A stretch of DNA of 64,000 bases from positions 62,001 to 126,000 of the IMG/VR virus record IMGVR_UViG_3300033153_007973; one strand, written 5' to 3'. Shown here in pieces: positions 54,401 to 61,400 of the stretch. The notes beneath the pieces are model-generated. The model worked only from the letters and a program-made list of their open reading frames with translations, did not search any database and was not told the origin of the DNA. How positions within the stretch are numbered: position 1 is the first letter of the stretch; each line of letters opens with the position of its first letter. A program made the translations under genes and the position numbers.

Positions 54401-57400
54401 AGATCGTACAAGGTCTTTTGAAGATAATTGACAATCAAGGAGAACTTGGGCGAAATGTCAAATTTTCAGTTGATGATCTTCTTGGTGGAGCAACACTATT
54501 AACACACATGGGTAATAAAAGCACTAGTGATACAGCAACTCTTATAGGTAGGACTCTCAATATTAATACTATCAAAGATCCTGACACTTATAAAAAGATG
54601 ACTAAAGGTCTGGCAAAAGTGATCGAACAATTTGGACATGAGAATAAGTCGAAGAGTGCAAACACAGCAAGTGAGATTATGGATTCTATTGTAAAATTTA
54701 GAGATGGAGAGATCAGAATATTTGGTCTCTCACAGATGTATCATACTGCACCAGACATTGATGAAACTTTCAAGATGAGCTCTGGAAAGTTTGGGCCCGC
54801 GGGAGTTGGTGGTGATCCAGCTGGGACAATAACATCAATGACAGAAGTAATAGCAGCAAAATTGAGCGGGTTCAATTCACTTGCAGACAAAGCACAATTA
54901 CAAATGGCAATGGGAATGGAATACACAAAAGATTACTTTGCCATATATGCAGGTCTTCTTGAGCCTTCATTAATGGAAGAACGTCTGGCTCAGTTTGGAA
55001 CTGATAGATTCAAAAGTAAGAATCCTGGAAAACAAGAAGTACTAACTATAGATAAGCTCATGAGTATGGCAAAGAGAGATAAAGATGGAAAGAAGAACAG
55101 ATTCTTCGATCTGTTCAAAACCAGATACGGAGTCAATACAGAAGCATTTCAGGAAGCAGTTGGTGAAGGTGGTATTCTATTCGGGAAACAGAAGATTGAG
55201 ATGGCAGAAGCCATGAGTAATATACAAAGACTCGTAAATGAAAACATGAAGGAAGTGGATCTCGAAAAGTTCTCTGGTAATGTAAAGAAACAAATACAAG
55301 AGATCATGTCACTGTCTCCGCTTATTTCGTCAAAACAAGCACAATTATATCACGAAATAACTCGAGATTATAAGTTCCTTGAACTAAGTAAGAAACACCC
55401 ACTGAAAATACTGGGAGTTAATAGATCAATGTCAAGAGTTCCTATGGTTGGATTCTTTGATATTCCTACACGTGATATTCCAGATAACCTTATGGATGTC
55501 TTTGCAAATAGAGATCTATATGCTATAAACCAAAAGATTATAGAAGGTACAAATGTAGATATTGGAAAACAAGTCATAGGGAAAACAGGCGCAAAGATAG
55601 GAAAGGATATTTCAAAGAGTTCAAAGGTGCTTGTTCAAAATGCTCCACATCGCGCATTGTTAAATCTTATGACTGCGGTATCTGTGGGTGCAGATGAAGA
55701 AGTCATCGGAACATTCGCAGATAGATACACAACAGCCATACAACAATACTCACAGGCAGTAGGAAGAACTACAATTAGTCCTAGAGTTGGTGGGTCTTTA
55801 CAGACACGGCCATTACAATCTGAGGGAAAATTTAACCTCGCTATTATGAATACCAAAGCAGCAAAATATAGTCTTATGAATGCTGAGAAAGTAAAGAATA
55901 TGCCTGGTGCACTTTCTGGTACTCGGATATGGCAACCAGATCTAGGTGAGATTTGGATGGATAAGAGCACTTTTATTAATGTAATGAAGAGTGAGATGAG
56001 CGGTGATCATAGATCAATGAACAAGGCAACACAGATGGCTGATGAAATCATGGCCGAATCTAGAATATTTACGAGATTCTATAATAGAAAACCAACACTA
56101 GGACAAGACATAAGAGCACTCCGTGTCAGACTTTTTGATGCTGAGATGCTTACAGATCAAAGATTTGCTGGAAAGGTTGCATCAGGTGAGATAGCAAGAT
56201 TAAAGAAATCAATGATCCTTTCCGTGATTGATCAAAATCTTGCATCAGGTGACTTTGATGGTGATACTGGTGCAATGGTCATGGCTATGTTCAAAGGTAA
56301 GATGTCTGATAATGCAGATGTACTAGCGGATTGGGTAGTTGGTAATAGTTTCAGATATCAGACAAGCGATGGAAATATCAAAGTATTCGAGAATAGTGGC
56401 AGAACTGGTAGAGCATATATGGAGACATTCCAAGAAGTAATAGAAACATCTGCTCATAAATCAGACAATAAAAGATTATCTAATCAATTATCAAAGACAA
56501 CAGTAACAATTGAACAACAGATAGAACACGTTGCAGGAATGGTTCCAGATTCTGCAGAACGCGGACAGTTCTATACAAAAGTAAGAGATCTAGCAAAAAA
56601 GCAATATGGAGATGATCTATCACAGGCTGTAACATTTCGCACTGGAATAGGAGATATCAGATTTTGGAATAACTCAACAAGCATTCCTAGAAATCTTATA
56701 CGCGCTAAAAGAGCAGCAGAAGCAAAGATGACAGAACGAGCAACGGGCATCAATACTGCAGATATTATCGAAGAAGGAATTGAAGCAACTGAACAATTCC
56801 TTGGTGATCACGGTATGGTCTATGACCATAAAGGCATAGCACAAGAACTAAAAGCTACACATGCTGGGACAGGTGGAGGGAAAATAGCACATGCAGCATT
56901 AGCAAACATGAAAGATCAAATAGATTATTATGGTCCTTCACGGCTCATGTTAAAAGCCGGAACAGGACCCGTATATAACTTTATGCACAACCATTTATGG
57001 AACGCAGCAATTAATACCTTTGGTATTACTTCTCAACAATCAAAGGATCTTGTTAAGTGGGGAAGAGTTCCACAGCAAGCAAATATCTCTATGAAACATA
57101 TGCTTCCTGGAATTGCCGGCGATGCTGTTAATAATCTAAAGACATTCTGGACTGCTATACCAGGAAGTTCAGCACACAGAAACTCTGGATTGAAACTAAA
57201 GACAGGCAACTATGATTTTACACTTACAAAGTTTTGGGGAAATCAAGTAAAGAGAACACAACAGATAGCTAAGAAGCTTGGTGATGATAGTCTTGATGAT
57301 ATGCTAGAGAAGGTCACATCATTTGGTACAAATCCCATCGTCAAAGATGATGGAGTAATCAATCTAGGTGACTTTATACGACTTCAGGATCGAAGACTTA

Positions 57401-58272
57401 AATATATGGAACGAGGTCTTCTCGCTAAAGTATCAGATGAAGGAATAGCTGCAACACAAAAGAGTAAGTCTGTATCTGAAAAGCTCATGAACGAGTTAGC
57501 TACAGAAGATCGAGTATATAATGAGATAGAGGAATCTGGAGCTTTCTTCAGAAGTGTTGCTGGTAGTGAATCCGCAACATCTCATATCATGAATAAGAAG
57601 ATCTTTGAAGGTGGTAATCAGAGAATACATAGATCTTTTCGTGCATTATTTAGTGGAGAAAACATTGGAAAACATGTCGATGATGATATATTAAGAGGAA
57701 CACTGGGGCAAGTAGCACAGAAAATAGCACCAGCAAAGATAAAGCCGCTATTCACTCGTCCTAATGTTGCTAAATATGCAGCAGATTCAATCTCTCGAAA
57801 AGCAGCTAGACTGATTGAAGGTACTTCTCTACGGAAACATATAGATACTAAAGGAATGAAAGCCGCGGGAATGGGAATGACTTTGCTCGGCACTGCTGCA
57901 GTTGGTTTCTTGGCATTTGCTGCTGCATCCCCTGGCGGACAACCTTGGCTAGGACCAAAACCTGGATATGGTGGAGAATACAACGAACGCAGACGTCGCA
58001 AAGATGAAGAGCACATGGAGAATATCACCACCACTGGAAGATCCAAGCTCAAATTTCTAGATGGGAACTCATATCCAGATTACACACCATCCAAAACTGC
58101 TAGAATCTATATAGATCCACAGAAGAAGAGATATGCAACTGTATCACAAACCTTACGTTCTGTCCAAAATCTTGGTAATGCAGGAATCATGGACTTTAAT
58201 AAGCGACAGATGGTATCTGGTGGAACAACAATCAATAATATGTCAAGGCCGAATGGATATGGAGGATTCTAA
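51448..58272 (+). CDS. putative single-chain two-barrel (virion) RNA polymerase
   Basis: PRVGGS, NRKPTL (aa 1546), GDFDGD (DFDGD aa 1602-1606) in beta-prime order; beta-like GQVNVLF..DAGELRITDE upstream. Confidence 0.75.
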   Translation: MRYPNRIHAGDHDNDSIFSPIAPLLAIGAVSAIGMSVAMINRNSMLRSKYSRIAAGMDRYPTQALPRVDNSSAFSVLRSEAAMNELKAMKKQRLIDVARMAIQKEEEVIANEVSDALGDLMNIRYNLSNIELRRAWGSGHPFELAGTIADTLDEAILGISTGKPDSIRDAITRLKTDIATIQTRPNTSVEIRAGDLQQVLERLQGAEKLYTEDLPKLVNAVQPFAPGAVTAETAATILGGSPATLAKRLNEEQIPGGKKGRVNRERMEQIKILTGFKTEKINNRLVTTHGRVNWVRKLRGISPTTGAIMPAGSTIKVIYPQIGVTGNIEDLDRVVQAAGKEFRTHPLLKEAHKTHLRMAKNAKGNVKLLLSSPDMKTSLKRFTDGVVEHLGVNPRDITFTQEGANVVSLVKFTDAPPMRFVFPYEEAGLSASYGHNVISASKKSFTHMGKGEKKILSSSITNGFIDRMVGKGTGSNGVFQKMATAGDIKNGAFKDATSRVLFQRKVKGIFSGGGKMMTDVTNASPEAISNAVTTFEELPGTDKISVLQIMKHEEETKLSTIISNPTGNRFVGQKTAVLDKINSLQRQINKLQKGYSADKALTDLERTHTGKLKVAEVINYNNNNIIISELSKDGFIPTTSVVTPERALKNKAWGLEDIRERYSDPGLQWIKGSKSINNMYVSSDVSIFSPSSSDWGRRISNLKKRSKHRLKLTIGKKEVNFSGVRMISRAEQVKRAALAGDYSTARGSYGQVNVLFVDSIGGDAGELRITDEVGDMLAGSRDRKVSLNSADIRRPFSGIDQQMTKALKKVSKENGLIDLTAPENWHVRKKLNVFLPKIKDQIKTPYEDIKLTAITHKATGSYEFHYTANMTAATKSKILLGANNERLQVHSTLSKDRMFEMLAAEMDWDLSDANSSKTQFLRDIGATVGAKAPLSLFKKGIATPGAAAGLGMSITNALVFRTLYRVQKILADRGLRTMDDKQATKIVQGLLKIIDNQGELGRNVKFSVDDLLGGATLLTHMGNKSTSDTATLIGRTLNINTIKDPDTYKKMTKGLAKVIEQFGHENKSKSANTASEIMDSIVKFRDGEIRIFGLSQMYHTAPDIDETFKMSSGKFGPAGVGGDPAGTITSMTEVIAAKLSGFNSLADKAQLQMAMGMEYTKDYFAIYAGLLEPSLMEERLAQFGTDRFKSKNPGKQEVLTIDKLMSMAKRDKDGKKNRFFDLFKTRYGVNTEAFQEAVGEGGILFGKQKIEMAEAMSNIQRLVNENMKEVDLEKFSGNVKKQIQEIMSLSPLISSKQAQLYHEITRDYKFLELSKKHPLKILGVNRSMSRVPMVGFFDIPTRDIPDNLMDVFANRDLYAINQKIIEGTNVDIGKQVIGKTGAKIGKDISKSSKVLVQNAPHRALLNLMTAVSVGADEEVIGTFADRYTTAIQQYSQAVGRTTISPRVGGSLQTRPLQSEGKFNLAIMNTKAAKYSLMNAEKVKNMPGALSGTRIWQPDLGEIWMDKSTFINVMKSEMSGDHRSMNKATQMADEIMAESRIFTRFYNRKPTLGQDIRALRVRLFDAEMLTDQRFAGKVASGEIARLKKSMILSVIDQNLASGDFDGDTGAMVMAMFKGKMSDNADVLADWVVGNSFRYQTSDGNIKVFENSGRTGRAYMETFQEVIETSAHKSDNKRLSNQLSKTTVTIEQQIEHVAGMVPDSAERGQFYTKVRDLAKKQYGDDLSQAVTFRTGIGDIRFWNNSTSIPRNLIRAKRAAEAKMTERATGINTADIIEEGIEATEQFLGDHGMVYDHKGIAQELKATHAGTGGGKIAHAALANMKDQIDYYGPSRLMLKAGTGPVYNFMHNHLWNAAINTFGITSQQSKDLVKWGRVPQQANISMKHMLPGIAGDAVNNLKTFWTAIPGSSAHRNSGLKLKTGNYDFTLTKFWGNQVKRTQQIAKKLGDDSLDDMLEKVTSFGTNPIVKDDGVINLGDFIRLQDRRLKYMERGLLAKVSDEGIAATQKSKSVSEKLMNELATEDRVYNEIEESGAFFRSVAGSESATSHIMNKKIFEGGNQRIHRSFRALFSGENIGKHVDDDILRGTLGQVAQKIAPAKIKPLFTRPNVAKYAADSISRKAARLIEGTSLRKHIDTKGMKAAGMGMTLLGTAAVGFLAFAAASPGGQPWLGPKPGYGGEYNERRRRKDEEHMENITTTGRSKLKFLDGNSYPDYTPSKTARIYIDPQKKRYATVSQTLRSVQNLGNAGIMDFNKRQMVSGGTTINNMSRPNGYGGF

Positions 58273-58469
58273 TGGGTGCTACAATCACAGTGAATGTCAC
58301 GATAAAGAACCAGGATCCAAACGAGATCGCAGCCAGGATCAGAAGTGCCCTTGAAAGCGTAACTTCAGAGCCAGTAACGATTAACATAACAGCGAGTGAA
58401 CAACAGGTTGACAATAATGCTATCTCAGTGTACAATAGAGAAAAACAGGAGAGAGGGCAACCACGCTAG
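58272..58469 (+). CDS. 65-aa beta-alpha-beta protein
   Basis: GGAGG SD; TAATG coupling. Confidence 0.7.
   Translation: MGATITVNVTIKNQDPNEIAARIRSALESVTSEPVTINITASEQQVDNNAISVYNREKQERGQPR
58408..58436 (+). promoter_or_regulatory. intragenic sigma70-type promoter
   Basis: TTGACA-17-TACAAT upstream of ATG 58484. Confidence 0.7.
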
Positions 58470-58483
58470 CCCGCAGCTAATCT

Positions 58484-61400
58484 ATGGCTATATCTGCTAT
58501 ATCCTATTCTTCATTTTCTGTCCACGAGCTGTGTAAATACCAGTTCTGGTATCAGTATTATGCACAGCTTGCTGGTGATACTGGATCCAAGGCAACTGCC
58601 ATTGGTAACGTTACTCACACAGAAGCTGAAGACATGCTTCAGGAGCTGACGAATGTCCTTCCAGACAACACAGAGATAGGCTTCACAGAGATACAGAGAC
58701 AAGAAGTCGTACAAAGATATCAGGCTATTGTGTCATCCGGTCTAAAATCACTCCAGAGCCGATACGATATAACTCCAGCAGATATACAGAGAGCACTGGA
58801 TGGACTGGATAGACTTTCAAAGAGAACATATCTAGTTGGTGTACCAAATGACCAAGGTGTATATGATAAAATCAGATGGCAAGTAATAGACAAGGAAAAG
58901 CGATTTGATAAGACAATCAGTTCTCCAGATGGCGAATATAAACTGACTGGATCTATTGACTTAATCTTGAAGCGTCTCTTGGATGCCGGTGGTAATCCTA
59001 TTGCATCACATGTCCACCAGTTTATGGATCTTAAGTCTGGAAAGAAACAGTTTGGCCCAATCAGCTGGAAATCAGAACAGGTTATGGTTTATGATATCGC
59101 ACTTGGTGACCTATATAAGGTAGACGGCATAGCACCAACTCTCCGATATGACTTCTTCCTCTTACCAGATGATCCGAATCCCCACTATACCACTGTTGTT
59201 CCAGTTGGAAACGAAGTAAGACCAGCAGATTATCTTGCTAGAAGAGACAAGGTAAATAGCAGACTTTCTGCAGCATATAAATTCTTAACAGATGGAATTC
59301 CGAACGATTCAAATGATCCAACTGTTATCATAACTGAACCCAATGATTGGTGTACCAGATGTCCGGCATATCAACATTGTCCTAATAAAGAAAATGCAAA
59401 TCTCAGAAAAGCCCCAGCTGGCGGCCTCCGCGGAGGACCATATCCTGAACTCAGAACGCTCACAGAAAAGACAGGAGCATTTGCGAAGTCTGAACTAAGC
59501 GACGAAACACTCACTGAAATAATTGAACAGATTATAAATCATGGTGGTACAGTACGTGAAGCAATCGGCCACATGAAATCAGATGAAAGAGAATTATGGA
59601 CAACAAAATATACTAAATTCATGCAGGATCATTTATCTAACAAGACAAACGATATTATTGCTGATAATAAAAGGATCAAAGAAACAATACTTCAAATTGG
59701 TGCAGTTCACATAACCGCACCAATTACTAACATCAGTCTAACAGATAGAAAAGAAGTCGTTACCGCAGACACACTACGAACAAAAGAATCATTGACGCTA
59801 AGGAAACAGACATCAAATAGAGAAGCAAATCTCACTATTATCTTTTCTGGTAAAGACCAGATCAACTATGAACTACGTCATATCTTAGCACAGTACCAGG
59901 CTTTTCCATTTACTCAGATCAGGAACAAAGAAATCACAAGGATGCTAATCCCGCTCCAGTCACATCTACCAACATACTTTGCAGTCGATCAGACTCTTCT
60001 CAGAAAGGTACTCACAGACAACAACATAAAAGACTTCTCCACACAAAAAGGAGAAGCACACAGAAAAGACCTTAAAGCAGCTAGAGATGAAGTCTATTCT
60101 AAAGTTAAATTCATGTATGCAATCCGATCAATATCAATCGCACCAGTGCCATCTCTGGTTGATACTATTGAACTCAACTTAAGGATCCAGGTCATGGACT
60201 TGGATCCTGTAAGCGAAACTGGCAGAATCAGATTTCTATATGACACACAATCCGCACTGGAACAGCTTGGTTGGTTCACGCATTTCTGCCGACTAAATGA
60301 ATATCGTAAGAATGATACAAATGGATCTAAAACCATTGTTGATACAATTATACCAAAAGAAAAAGCAATAACGATATCATTCAAGAATGCAACAAACCAT
60401 AGAAAAATTGATCTAGGTAAATATTCAGTATTAGCTATGCCTTTATATATTGGAAGAGAAGATAATACATATTTCGTAAATCCAGGAGACGATGAGTTTA
60501 TTGATAAAGATGCGTACATCTTATTGGTTAGAACTCCTAATCGAGACACAACAACAACAACGTATACTTATCTAGCATTCTTGTATACCAGAGGATTATT
60601 ACTACCGATACGAGAATCAGATACATATCTTGATAAAGGGAAGATCAAGTTACCAGATGAACGATTAGTGGGACCTATAGATTCTCTAAAAACTGCTGAT
60701 CTTTCATATGTGTTCTGTACGGATCTATCAGTATATACTGAATCTGCATATAGCAGACGCGAATTAACAGAAGCATTTAAACTGTCGTGGAATAAACTTA
60801 CAGCGGCAAATTTTAATATAGCGCAAATAAATGCACGTAATGGAGTCCTTTCTCCTAGCACATCTGATCCACGACGTGCACCCGCATGGTTGAATGCATC
60901 AAAGAGATGGAAGAATTTCAATACTAACGGTGATATCTGGCCAATCATTAACCCTACTAATGTTATTGACCCATTCCTGACAATGATTGAAATCAGAAAC
61001 CAATCAAGTAACATAGTATCAGGCATCAGTGCAGAGATAAATGATTTGCCATGGGTAAGCGAACACAGAAACATGCAAAGCAGAGGTGTCTTTGGTGAAT
61101 GGATGTATACTTCACCTGTGATGCCAGCGCGTGTATCATCTGAAAACAGCACAGGAACAAAAGATGCAACAGTAACTATTACAGGGGTGGATAAATCAAC
61201 AATACCATTATTAGTAATCCAAAGGATATTCAGAAAACTATTCCTTAATTCTGAAGTATTGTTTACAACAAATCTTGGTGCTCTTATTAAGAGAAACTTA
61301 CCAAAGACATCTGCAGACCCAAAGCCATTTATTAAAGATCTTCAGAAATCATTTGAGGCTCGGTTCCAAAATGCATACGATAATGGATTTTATGCATCAG

